Source of the DNA: Hemiscyllium ocellatum
Taxonomy: Eukaryota
Reading direction: 5' to 3'
DNA length: 64,000 nt
NCBI RefSeq assembly: GCF_020745735.1
Contig: NW_026867481.1
Location: forward strand, 475,291 to 539,290
Below the pieces are notes generated by a model that was not told the DNA's origin, did not search any database, and worked only from the letters and a program-made list of their open reading frames with translations. Of the stretch, positions 13,021 through 25,800 are shown one piece after another (within the stretch, counting starts at the first letter, position 1; every line of letters begins with the position of its first letter). Both the position numbers and the translations under genes were made by a program.

Positions 13021-14519
13021 TCATGAGGCAATTAAAAAAAAAGGAGCAGACATCGGAAATTCGGCCAATTGAGTCTACTGCACCATTGAATGAGATCATG
13101 TCTGATCGATAGTTTTCATCTTCACATTCCTGCTCATATTCACGACTCTCAATTCCCTTCATAATTATAAATCTATCTATTTCATCCTTTGAATGTAATC
13201 TGATTGCTTGAGCATCATTTAATTTGACACAGCTTGTTGAATGCTTTGGAAGCGATAGAATTGGGGATACTTCATCACAGAAATTGCTGGTATCAAATTT
13301 CAGTTGTTTATACGGAAGACAAATGAAATGTTGATTTTTATTTCACTGGGAAGTAAGTTGTAGCATCGTCAGATTTCGCTAAAACAATGCCAAGCATCAG
13401 TAACACACAATGGGGTAGAAGTGCTTTCTTGTGAGGAGTGTTTGAGTAATTTAGAGACTTAACTCATCAGATATTAGAAGATGAGCGGCGACTTCAATGG
13501 AATATTGAAGATTGTTTGTGAAGTGGAAAAGGAACTTACCGAAGAGTTGTTTCTCCTTGTGCGAGAGTCAAGAACCAAAGGGCATGAATTTACAAATAAA
13601 GCATTACACATTTAAGACAGAGGTGAGGTGGATTTTTTTTCCTAAAATGGTAGGGAGTCTGTGGAATTCTTGAATGCAAGCGTTTCAGAGGCTTATGTAC
13701 ATTCAAAACTGTGAAGGTGGAGTTGAGGATTATGAATACAGACATGGTTTCACTTAGGGTCGGGGCAGACTCGATTGGCCTACCTCTATCCTTTTGTTCC
13801 GACTTACTGTGATATTACCAACTATTAAGTTGCCTTTGAGGCCACGACTTCCTTCGTGAATATTTATTCTCAAAAGGTGCCGAGAATAATTTGCAAACAA
13901 TAAGAATCAAAACAGTTTGACGTCTTATTTTGATAATATGTATTAGTTTAGGGATTGATGTACACAATTAGATGCTAAAAATTGACACCTTGCAAAACAG
14001 GCATAGATCTGAATAGGTAGCCTCCTGATTTCAATGACCGTTTTGCACACAAAAGATGATAGTTGCATTCTCAATGCGTGGTTATAATTTGAAATCAATT
14101 CGTAATTTGTCTGAAAACAATGAAACTCAATTTGCAATTCCTTTCCAGGAGGTTGTCATTTCTTGTGATATGGAGCATGGATGCTACGTGTCTCGAAGCC
14201 ACAAGCTCCTTCACGTTTCGAGTACGTCCAGGTACTTTCCAACATATGATTGGAAATAATGGGGGCGTAAAGTATGCAGTAAAGTATAGAAAGCTGCACA
14301 TTCAGTCGTGGATATTGTTTCCTCTGCAGTTGGCATGAATGCATGGTGAAAAAGCGTGCATGGATTCGTTTGCATAGATAATTGGCGAAAACAAAAACGA
14401 AAAGGGGGTTGGGCTCAGCAGAGATGACCAAAGTATCCATATACTGCAATAGAGCAGAGAGATTGTGAAAACTATCAGGAATATAACTACAATAGACAAG
14501 GGGACAATGCTAAGATGGT

Positions 14520-15130
14520 GCACTTAATGCAGGACTTAGGGCGCACAATATACAAAATAATCTAAGTGAGCTTGTAACACAGGGGTTGAAATTGGCGAGT
14601 AGGATGTTATGGGTATCACATACACTTGGTTACAAGGGGATCAGTGCTGAGCACGAAAGATCCAAAGATATTGGAAGGACAGACAAATGGGCAGAGTAGC
14701 AGGATTTTCTTCTTTGTAAGAAATGAACTTAAATCAAGAACTATAATTGATTGTGGGTTCGGAAGCATTGAATGAGTTTGGGTAGATATGAGAAACAACA
14801 AAAGAAAAGACCCCCTGATGGAGTTATTGGACAGGCCGTTCCTGAGCAGAATATAAATCTGGATAATGGAGAAGGCATGTAAGAAAAGCACAATTACAAC
14901 AACAATGAGTGATTTAAGTACGCAGTCGGAGCGGGAAAGATACATTGATCACGAAACCCAAGGAACTAAATCCTTGAATATCTACGAGTTATTGCTTTTA
15001 GAGTCCCTTGTGGTAGAGCCCATTTTCTACAGATAATTCTGGATTTGGCGGTACACAATAACGCCTGAATAGCAAAATTTAAGTTAAAGGCAATCTTATT
15101 GGATAGTGACTATACTATCAGATAAAATCA
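14520..15130 (+). mobile_element. Decayed CR1 endonuclease-region fragment
   Basis: tgtaacacaggggttgaaattggcgagtaggatgttatggg...ggagttattggacaggcc, resembling CR1 EN motifs (ITETW, GV.YRPP). Confidence 0.5.
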
Positions 15131-15169
15131 TCTTGCAGATTGAGGGAGAGTTGCTTGAATTAGATGTAA

Positions 15170-16110
15170 CCGATTTAGAAGGCGCTTACAACACAGACAC
15201 AACGTCCTTACCATTGTAAAGTTCCCAGTGAGAAAGATAATAATAAAAGCCTCCACTTCATCGACGTCACATTAGAACAAGAAGACAAACGAAAACTGCA
15301 GACCAGCGCTCACAGGAAAACCACACAACTTAACGTACACTCAACTCCAGCAGAAAACATTCAAAAGTGTAGCTGCATCAGGACATTAGTTAAAAGTGCC
15401 ACAACACACTGCAGCACGCAGGACCTCCAAGAAGTCGAGGAAAAACACCGACACAAAGTATTCAGGTACAAGTACCCAATAAGTGCAGCCTATCGATTTG
15501 TACACAACAGACGTAAACAGGAAGACACAACGCACCCAGAGACTCGAGCCACACTGCCATACCTTACATACATCTTGGAGATGACGACCAGATTACCCCA
15601 GCCCCTAGGCATCAGAATATTTCACAAATCTACTACCACACTGACACAGCTCCTAATGAAGTTAACAACCCCTATACCAACAAGCAGCAGAATGATTGTC
15701 ATTATCAAATACCTTGCAAGGTCTAGATAAAACATTAGATTGGATAGACGAGCAGGCAACTAGCCACCAGGATCCATGAGCACCAACATGCTGCCATGAC
15801 CAGCTATCACCAGTATTCAAACACACAGACGAAGAGCGTCACCAGCTTGACTCTGATAAGTCATCCTTCTTGGGACAGACTAAACAATGACATGCACGGG
15901 AATTCCGAGAGGCCTGGGATTCAATCTGGAAGTCCATTAGCAAACGTATCTATTTCCACCCATTTATCAACCTCACAGAAAAAGAACCGGAAGTGATATC
16001 ATTCAACACAACGCACCAAGTCTCATAAATAGCAAGCGGGACAGCACACCAGCATGCCATCGGAGGCTCACTGATGATGTGAGCTAGCGTGGTGCTAAAA
16101 CGTCTGAGAA
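15170..16110 (+). mobile_element. Decayed Penelope-like element 3' part
   Basis: GIY-YIG-like segment (tgtcattatcaaatacc...acattagattggatagacg...actagccaccaggatccatgagcacc) and terminal ctgatgatg...aaaacgtctg motif. Confidence 0.6.
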
Positions 16111-16387
16111 CAAATCTGCAACTAAAGGAACAAACAACCCAAATTAAAAAAAGAAAATTAACGGGGATTGGTGCAAGTCACTTCCATGGACAGATTGCCT
16201 GACCCGTAGAAAACAAAGATTGTAGATAAAGGGGTAGCTATCGGGATGACAGACGATGTCTCGTGGAGTTCTACAGGGTTAAATGTTTGGACCACAAACA
16301 ATCACATTATATTTTAATAATATGAATGAAGAAACTGACAGCACTTCTTGCAAAGTTTGCATACAACACAGATAGGTCGTGGATCAA

Positions 16388-16699
16388 GGGGCGGCACGGT
16401 AGCCCAGTGGTTAGCACTGCTGTCTCACAACACTTGGGACCTGGATTCAATTCCAGTATTGGGCAACTGTCTGTGTGGAGTTTTTCCTGTGTCAGCGTGG
16501 GTTTCCTCCGGATGTTTTTGTTTCCTCCCATAATCCAATGATGGGCAGGCCAGGTGAATTGGCCATGCTAAATTGCCCATAGTGTCAGTGGTGAGTAGAA
16601 GTTAGGGGAATGGGTCTGGGTGGGTTACTCTGCGAAGGATCAGTGTGGACTTGTTGGACAGAAGGACCTGTTTCCATACAGTAGGTAATCTAATCTAAT
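16388..16699 (+). mobile_element. HE1-type tRNA-derived SINE, full length
   Basis: ggggcggcacggtagcccagtggttagcactgctg head with A/B boxes, conserved core, CR1-type tail ending (aatct)n. Confidence 0.9.
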
Positions 16700-17689
16700 G
16701 CTGGCGAGCTAAGAAAGAAGCATGACGATTCCAGAAGGATCGCACAGTGAACAAAGAAATGACAGCTGGTATATAACGTTGAAAATGTGGGGTTTTGCAC
16801 TTTGATTTGAAGAATAAAGGCATGCACTGCATTCTAAAAGCTTTGGACATCTGAAGCACAAGCACGCATCGGTGCACTAGTTTAGGATTCTCCTCAAAGG
16901 AACGTGAAATTTCAGGAAGACGAATTCAACGTTTGCATTGCTTGGAAGAGGGCTGGAACACAATAACTGGGATGTAGTACAGACGCTGTATAATGCTCAG
17001 GTCAGACCGTATTGGAATATTGTGAACACTTTTGAGTTCTGTATCGCAGGAAGTATGTGATGGCCTTGCAAGAATTCCAATGTGGAGTGCAAAAATGATC
17101 TCGGGGATAAGAGCCTTGTCACACGAACAAATGTTTGAAGAATCTAGGTATTTAATCGAGGGAGATTAGAAAAATGAGATGGAACCTACCTTAAACTAAC
17201 AGAACATTGAGAGGCCAAGTTCGAATATTTTTAGAGAGGACTTTCTAATAGTAGGAAAGATTAGGAACTGAAGGCATAACATTTGAGTAAACGGGAGATG
17301 TTTCAGAAATGGGCTGTGGGGGAATGTATGGACCTCAATGTTGTAGAACGCTGTGCAGGCCAGATCACAAATCTCTTTACATCAGTGATAAATATGATGG
17401 CCGAATCACGTTGTGGTGCTTTTTTTCTGTCACACTATTAAGGGAGTACCTAAAAGGGGTGATTGAGAAGGAATTGAAGAGATTATTGCCCAACTTTCAA
17501 TCACAAATTGGCTGCGCTTTTTCCCATCTATTACAACTTTCATTTTCTGCCACAAAAGTGAAAAATAATGTTATGTAGCACTCGTTTTCCTCAACATCTG
17601 AGGATCTTGGGCCTTATATTACCAGGGTAAATATTGCAATGACAAAAAAGTACAATTCGGTAATTGATTGGATTACCCACACCTTTCCT

Positions 17690-18575
17690 ATTAACGTCAC
17701 AAATATTTTCCAAAGATTCTTTGCTGCATTCTTCAACTATATTCTGTATTTATCTGGGTCTCAGCATAAATTCATAGGTTGGTGCAACAGCGATGGAATT
17801 GAAATATGCTTCCACTTTCTTGCTGAATGGATCTTGAATCATTGAAATTGGAACATGAGGAATAAGATTTGGTCATAATTTTACAGAGAAAATCCACCAC
17901 ATATGTCATCCACAACAGGATGAAGCTTCCATAGATGGTGAAGAGTAAAACAATGGACTTTCGCCAGCTCTTCACCTCAGGATAACTGGGATTTTCTCCA
18001 CTGCTCATGCTTGCTCGTAGTCGCCTTCGGGCTCGATTGGCTGCGAGAATGTATTTGACAGTCAGTGCATTGAGCAGTAATATGAGGAGAAAAGGTTGAA
18101 CTGTGCAAAGCCATCATAGGTTGTCCATACCAATTAAGAAGAGAATTTTGATTTTATGTTACAAAACCATGACATGGTGTTAATTATAATAGAGTGGTTC
18201 TTACATAATCTACCAGAGGATACCATTTTGAACGACTCAAGAAATCGACTATTCCTATGACGACAGCCACTGTTTTCTCCGTGTCATGTTGTGTTTTCAG
18301 ATTCCAACTGGTGAGGAATCACTCAAAGGCGAAAGCAACTGTTAACCAGGCAGAACTGCAGAGATGGTCAGAATGCTGACTCTAAATACTGGAGTAATAG
18401 ACATAAAACTAACTAGGAAATAAATGCCAGTAATCCAATTGAAGATCACAGCACTGATAACTATCAAGAGATCTGTCACTGCCATAGACACCAGATATTG
18501 AGTGATGCATCCAGAGAGACCACATCTTCCTGCGGTGAAGATTATGATCACCGTAATATTTACATAAAGGGACAA
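17690..18575 (-). pseudogene. Class A GPCR pseudogene of the same family as genes A and B
   Basis: Fragments GRCGLSGCITQYLVSMAVTDLL and WRKSIVLLFTIYGSFILLW...QESG match gene B; frameshifts and stops; acceptor degenerate; exon 1 not found. Confidence 0.9.
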
Positions 18576-20014
18576 AGAAAAACGACACGACTAACCAGAC
18601 ACATAATTGTGTAAGGTTTGACATGTTGGCATCATTTCTGAAAGGAAGCAAGAGCATTATTTTTGTAACTTCGGTGACAACTCCACCTCACCAATAAAAA
18701 TGCCAACTTACATTTATGTAGCACCTTTAATATAATTCTCATAAGATAATTCAGATAATGGTTACAGGGCACATGTCGACGCTGACATACAGAAGGCAGC
18801 TTGTGTATTTGAAAAGAACAATATTTACACGTCAGGTGACATATTTTTTCAAGTAAACTACATGTAGACTTGAAAAAAAACTTAAAATAATACTGGCGGC
18901 AAATCTAATATCACCTGATGGTAATTGATATAGCTGCATGAGTGCTTAGACTTAGACAGACATAAAGATTTCACTCAGGGGTGGGGGGGCGGTGTGTGGA
19001 CTGAAACAGAGGGATAGGTGAAGTCATCACAATCCCAGAGGATCGTCGGGCTGATTACTTGGAGAGATGACTGTTGATGGTACTGTTGACGAGGCCTTCC
19101 ATCACTTTCAGAAATCACAGAAGAGGCAGTTGATTTGATTGCATTTATATCGAGTTTTAAGAACAGACTAATTCTAACAATCTTTGCATATTCGTACTTT
19201 GTATTCAGCTCTTTTGAATGGCAAGTAACATTCGTGTCACACACATGCACGACAGTGCAAATCTGCAACAATTGATATACCATCCATCATCCTTTTCTTA
19301 TCGTGAGCATTGCTGAACTCCCCAGTTATCAAAATGCTGGTAGTATCAAATGACAGAATCTGAATTTGACGAGCAATATTAACAATGTAGATAAAAGAGA
19401 TAGTTTACAAGACAGGAAGTTAAATCTGCAATAGAGAGAGCGGCGAATAACAGAATTAACGACTGTCCAAAACCTCAAAGCCTGCCCATGAGCTTCAATA
19501 AACAATTCATGTTTATGATGCAACACCTCCGACTTGCCTGCTGAATGCAAACTCCAAATCGTCTGGGGAAGACCATCTCGAATGATGTGCATCATTTACA
19601 TAAGGTATCACTCCTTCCAATTCAAATACACGACAGAATTTGCTACTGGATGGAAGCACAATATTATGTAGGGAAGTATAATTTTGTTTTATTTTGGAAC
19701 AAAATCTGGTCAGCTGCCACAGGTAAAAAGTGAAAAGAAACCCCACCATTGTGCAGATTTTCAAGTTAATGTCCATTATCTCTTTCTATTATCGTCAGTA
19801 CCACCGCAAGCTTATCGAACGTTGCATTGAATAGTTTTAATAATAAGATCTTAGATTGCAGTTTTCTATTTGGACAGAGGCCGAGCAGGCCTGGATTTCT
19901 GAAAAGATGTTATCAAAATCAAACCCCGAGAGTAGGCTGCTATCAGGGAATTGGGCACGTTTAAATTTTTCATTTCGTTAATACATTATTACTTTTCTGA
20001 AAGAATTCCATGAT

Positions 20015-20268
20015 NNNNNNNNNNNNNNNNNNNNNNNNNNNNNNNNNNNNNNNNNNNNNNNNNNNNNNNNNNNNNNNNNNNNNNNNNNNNNNNNNNNNNN
20101 NNNNNNNNNNNNNNNNNNNNNNNNNNNNNNNNNNNNNNNNNNNNNNNNNNNNNNNNNNNNNNNNNNNNNNNNNNNNNNNNNNNNNNNNNNNNNNNNNNNN
20201 NNNNNNNNNNNNNNNNNNNNNNNNNNNNNNNNNNNNNNNNNNNNNNNNNNNNNNNNNNNNNNNNNNNN
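20015..20268. other. Assembly gap
   Basis: Run of N. Confidence 1.
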
Positions 20269-22970
20269 ACACTTGCTTCCCTACCTCAGCAAAATTGGGC
20301 TCCACTCATACCTTTATTGAACAGGTAGATGATAAAATATCTGACTTCAACAAAGCATAAGTTTGGTATGAACAGAACATGACACAATGCGATTCAAGTA
20401 GGAAACATGCTGTTACAGGCAATCAGTGACCAACCTTGACATAATGTTCCTGACACTACTTCCAATTACGGATGTTTGTACAATTGTTTTCCAGTGAATT
20501 CACCCTTGCACCGAAAAATGAAAACTTCTAGGTGCAGGCAATGTACAGACTGCTAATCTTTGAGAAAACGGACTGCCATAACTTATAGGCTTTTCCTGTC
20601 TTGTACAAGTATGACAAATTGAGAGGTGATTTAATTGAATCAGATTCAATTGTGAAGTGGTACTTCAGGGTAGAGGCCACGGATGCTTGGTAGATTGACA
20701 ATCTGTTTTTTCACAATAACTGAATCATTTTTTTCGGCGCATATTGGGATGGTTGCATGACGGTGGGTGATCATCTATGATCCTACTCAATATTTCAAAA
20801 CGCTCGAAGCTTTGATCTCGAATGTTCGTGGTTCTTATGTTCATATAAAATTAATTGAATTTTTAACTGCCTGAGGGAAAGGTCATCAGCTGTGAATTGC
20901 ACCAAACTGAAATGCTTCAGCTGGCTGTGCTTTTTTTTATGGAAACTTGGACCCAAGAAATAATGTAAATTATGAGCTGGTGGATGTGCTTTAGAGATTG
21001 GGTCCAGAACATCTCAGAACCACTCGCTGAACAGAGCTTACAATGAAAAACATTTCTACACAGTGTTACGATGCGGCAGTGAATACTTCCGTTTATTAAA
21101 GCAAACACCCAAGCAAAGTTCAGCTCGTCTCATAACCTGTTAAAATGTGAGTGACAGATAACCACCAAATTCCACTAATTAAAGAAAATAAAGTGAATGT
21201 ATTCTTTAACTCTAAAAGTAAATATTTAACGATAAATTTTCACAACTCTAAGCACCCCTTTCACTTAACTGGTAATTACCAGCCTCCAAGTCCATGACAG
21301 TTTGCTGTTCCAATTAGAAACTCATGAAAATTACTTAAACTTGATTTCAAAATCACGCAGCGGCTGTCGTCTTCTTTGTCTATCTTCTTCTGGCTCAGGT
21401 CGTCTTCTTGCTCTTTTTACTGCGAAAATGTTTCACATGAAAAGGTACTTTTCGCAGTGAGTGTATCCAAATTTCTTGTATCTGTGTTGTTGGCAGTTGC
21501 TGTAACTGATTTTCAAATATCTGCCTTTTTACATCTTCTACAATGGACCATGTTATTGTTTAGATATTGGAAAAATAGCAAATTCAAACGCGGTTCGGAT
21601 TTAATGTTCTGGGGAACAATTTAAACAGGTTGGATAAATTGGAATTGTTGTCAAACCAGCAATCAACTCAGGTGTCTATTTCTCAGTAAAATGTTCCATA
21701 TTATCCATTTTCCAGGACACGTTCAGTCAGCTGGTTGGCATACACACAATTGTAAGTTCTCAAGTCAGTGCAACAATCACTCGTTCTTAAAGGTACAATT
21801 CATGCTTTCAAATTCATAAAAACGGAAATGCATGAACACGTGAATCTCGTTGAAATTTGGCATGACTGGAGAACACAAAATGAAAGACAAAGAAAAGAGT
21901 AGGAGGCACAGGGCCCCAAAGGCAATAATTTACTGTATATATATATCGTGATAAGTTCGAGTGGAGACGAAATATCTGTATCCTAGTTATGGATCAAATA
22001 AACTGTCCCAATGTGACAGATTGATTTTATGCAAAATTCGGACATTAGTACGTTCAGTGAACAAGGGAGAAAATCAGCCAATGGGTTATTGGCAATTGAA
22101 ATTATCAGAGATGCAGAAGAGGCACTTCTCAGTGAAGTGAGCAACGGTAATACCACAGTGGAATCTGCACAAACGGAAAACTACTAACAGTTCAGAACCT
22201 TAAAGAAATGTTCTCACACTGCTCAAACCACAAGTTCTATGACGTACGTGTAGGCAGAATACGAAACTTCATATGAAACTTGGAGCAAATGTAAAACCAA
22301 AATAAAAAATTCGTTCCTCTTGCTGCACGTAAGTTGTGAAATTGAATGTAAAACAAGCAGAAGCTCTTGTGATGTGTTCATTTCACAGAGAAGCTTTATG
22401 TTTCAGGAGTCAGGAGCACTAAACCTGTGCTTTCTACGGCATTTTCCTATTGCAGTGATGGAACACAAATAGGTTACTTGCACAATTTTTCGTTTGGGAA
22501 GTTGTTATCTTATTGGTCATCGAGTATTTCTTGACGTTTTTCTTTTTTACAAGGAAAATAGAAAAATAAGTTTCTTATCTTAGAATGAAAAGCATGGAGG
22601 AATTTTATTCATGCATGTTCCCACTCCAGCAACGTACAATCTCATTACTTCTGGTGCTTTGCTGCTCCGTCATATATTCACGTTCTTAGCCATCTTCATC
22701 ATTCGTTAAATTGCAGGTTGGAAGATATTGTTGAATCTACAAACACCCAAGTAAAAATTAAAAGTCAATTTTTCAGTCTGAATCATGTCACACGATTATC
22801 TGGTATTTGGAAGCCTGATAATCACGAATACAGAATGAATCCAGAAATAAAGAGGATTCTTCTATAAAATAGGAAGAAGCAAATTCACAATATAAAAATA
22901 ACCTGTAGATTCAGTTTGTTCAGCTTTATCCGTGCTTTTTATCAATGCCTACGTAACCACAACATGTTCG

Positions 22971-23189
22971 GGTTTTTGTACAGCTCTTTCCTTCCTCTGC
23001 ATCACTGTGTCTGTAATCTTCTCCCTATTCAGCTTTTGATACAGTTCTCTCACTACTATGCATTTTTGTGTCTGTGATCCTCATCCTGTTCAGGTTTTTG
23101 CACAACTCTTTCTGTCTCTGTATCACTGTGTCTGTAATCCTACCGTGATAAGATTTTGTACAGCTCGCTCCGTCCTTTGTTTCACTGTG
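22971..23189 (-). other. Tandem array of four 23-type recombination signal sequences (~60 bp period)
   Basis: Minus strand: RSS1 CACAGTG-23-ACAAAATCT (23189-23151); RSS2 CACAGTG-22-GCAAAAACC (23130-23093); RSS3 CACAAAA-23-ATCAAAAGC (23070-23032); RSS4 CACAGTG-23-ACAAAAACC (23009-22971). Confidence 0.9.
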
Positions 23190-23499
23190 CTTGCTGAGCG
23201 CCGACTCAGTGCACAGTAATACACGGCGGAGTCCCCCAGTTGCATTTTCGAGATCTTTAGCTGAATGACTTTTGTTGCAGAATTGATGGAAGCGGACAGT
23301 TTTCCCCCTGCAACATCATTTTGATTCTCCTCTTCTGAAGTGTGTCTCTGAAGTAGGTGTTTCAGAGCTTGACCAGTTGCCTGACTGTACCAATATACTG
23401 TGTAATGACAGAAGCCTGAATATTTCCAGCTTAAAGTAACAGTTTCGCCAGCAGTGGAGGTTTGTAAAGGTGGACTGTTAGACACCAGAGAACTGGAAT
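23190..23499 (-). CDS. Leaderless supporting TCR-delta V exon of NAR-TCR (first canonical Cys replaced by Trp)
   Basis: ttccatag| acceptor in phase 1 with the J donor; DSSSLVSNSPPLQTSTAGETVTLSWKYSGFCHYTVYWYSQ...DSAVYYCALSRRSA; extra CDR1 Cys; no leader exon seen; 23-RSS follows. Confidence 0.85.
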
Positions 23500-24979
23500 C
23501 TATGGAATTAAATGAGAAGTTTGTTTCATTACCATTATCAAGAAAACGTCTCATTGGTGAGCATAGCTCTGCTTTTAAAGCATTTCTTTTCTTTTGCAGC
23601 AAGTTCGATACTATAATTATCATCAAACTGAAACAGCGGGGAGATATCGACTTTTTTGGAAAATAGAACGCAAGTTGTTCCGCTCGGGAGTACATGACAA
23701 AATGACTCAAGAGTAACACTCAGACGGGAGTTAGGAGGTAAATATTGAAGGATTGAATAATTCCAAGAACAGGGGGAAATGACCTAGGAATGTTCACAAT
23801 TTGAAAGTAACTTGTAAGAATCTGCAGGAAGAAGATGGAAAGTATAATGAGATTCTGCTCTTTTTAATTCCTTGAGTTCAATTCAAAACTGAGCATAACA
23901 CACATATCAAAAATATTTTAAGAGTTAATTCGCCTTTTCACTGAAACAATTACTTTCAAAAGTAGTTGACTGAGAGAAAACCCGCAGTATGTGTTTGTGT
24001 TTGAGATCTGGAACTCTGCTGTCCAAATAAGAGCTCATTGCCCGTTCCTAATAACGCATTAATAGGTGGTCGTGAGGTGCCTCTCGAACTGCTGCATCTA
24101 CTGATTGCAAGTACAATCAAAATGCAGTTAAGGAGTAATTTTCAGGATATGACTGATCGACAATAAAAGAAGGAATCATATTTGTAAGTCAGGCTGGTGT
24201 TGGAACCTGCAGTTAGTAGTTCTCCCATGCATCCACTATCCACAGTCCACAGAAAGATTCAATTGAGTGTGGCTTGTTCCAATCTGACAGAGGTCGAATA
24301 GAATAACAAATAGACCGATCACAGTACAGAAGAATGTCATTTGACACGACATGCAGGTGTTACGTCTCTGCAAGAGAACGTCGTATTTGTGAATGAAACA
24401 AATGCTTTCACAGCTCCAATATAACTTCTCTGCTTTTATTAACTACGCCACAACGAATAAAAACAATTGCCACTTGTTCTTTATGAACCACCATTTTAAC
24501 TAATCTTTGCCTTAGGGACCTCTGGACAAGTATCCCCAGATACTTCCCTCACGTCACTCGTGCCAGTAGTCCATAAAGAATGCCTTATCTTGTTCCTTCT
24601 TCCATAGTACATCAAGTTCCATACCCTCTCTCTCGGTTTCTCTCTCTCTCTCTCTCATTCATGTGTGTATATTATTTATATATATATATGGAATAGGCGT
24701 TGCTGGCTTCGTTTATATTTGCTGACCATCTATCATTCCTCAGGAAGCAGTTCAGTCTCCTTGCTGTGAGTCTGGAGTTACATGTTGTGTAGACCAGGTA
24801 AGGGCAGCAGATATTTTTACCTAAAGTATATTTTCAGGTTTAGTTTCGATTTGCCACTGACTTGCCAATATGACCAAATCGTTTATAACTTCCTGAAACT
24901 TAAGTCCTTCTCCTTCACTGTTCGGCACTCAGAACTGATCCAAAAGACCATAATACCATAAGACAATGGAGCAGAATTT

Positions 24980-25800
24980 AGGGTATTCATCAGATGAATC
25001 TGCCCCACCAATCATTCATTCCAGGTAAGTTTCTGAATCCTATTCTCCCGCTCTCTTCCCATAATTATTGATCTTCTTTATACACAGCAAACTCTTTCAC
25101 TCACTCTTAGGTATTCCCAATAACCTGCCCTCCATGGCATTCCGTGGCAATTCATTGCATAGATTCAACTCTTTCTGGCTAAAGAACTTTTTCGTTATCT
25201 CATTTCCAAAAGCAATTCCCTTTACTCTAAGGCTATGCACTTGTGCCCTCGTCTCTCCAAACAATGGAAACATCTTCCCAACATCAAGCCTGTTCAGGCC
25301 ATTCAGTGCTTTGTATGATTCAATTAGGTTTTTCTCATCATTCTAAACTCAATCGAGTATCAACCCAGAGTCTTCAAATGTTCCTCAAATGTTAAACGTT
25401 TCTTTCCTAGGAATAGTATCGTAAACCTACTCTGAGCACGCTCGAGGCCCAGTACATCAGTCCTGAGATATGGGGTCCACAACTGGACACAATTGTCCAA
25501 ATGTGGTCAGACCAGTGCCTCTTGAGTACATCCCTGCATTTTTATTATTCAAGTGCTCTTAAAATAAATACCATTATTGCATTTGCCATCCTAACTGCAG
25601 CCTCAAACTGCGAGTTTGCATCTAGTGAATTCTGGACTAGGAATCACAAGTCATTTTGCATTTCTCATGATATGCCATTGGCCACCCAGCCTCCAGTCAC
25701 ATAAGCAATTTCCCAGGACTCAGCCAATATGGATACAAAATGTGAAGCTATTCCAGATGCCATGTCAATTTCGCATTGTTTGTCAGTGTCCCGAATGGGA
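24980..25800 (-). mobile_element. Decayed CR1-type LINE 3' fragment inside the J-V intron
   Basis: Reverse complement resembles the CR1 C-terminus (gatatggggtccacaactggacacaattgtccaaatgtggtcagacc). Confidence 0.6.

Noticed and set aside
12446-13162. ORFs of 64-127 aa on both strands
   Set aside because: Products of AC-rich low-complexity sequence.
20900-21060. FHCKLCSASGSEMFWTQ...QLIIY, V-like
   Set aside because: No acceptor, no YYC and no RSS.
21440-21580. LLAVAVTDF...LFRY resembling GPCR TM2
   Set aside because: Isolated 9-residue match with unmatched flanks; cannot be separated from chance without a search.
22971-23189. CRISPR-like repeat/spacer appearance
   Set aside because: Eukaryotic locus; the conserved parts are RSS heptamers and nonamers, so it is reported as an RSS array.
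23500-23719. ORF extends 73 codons upstream of the supporting V
   Set aside because: No signal-peptide exon or donor; a good acceptor at 23500 fits splicing from the J; the open frame is likely chance.
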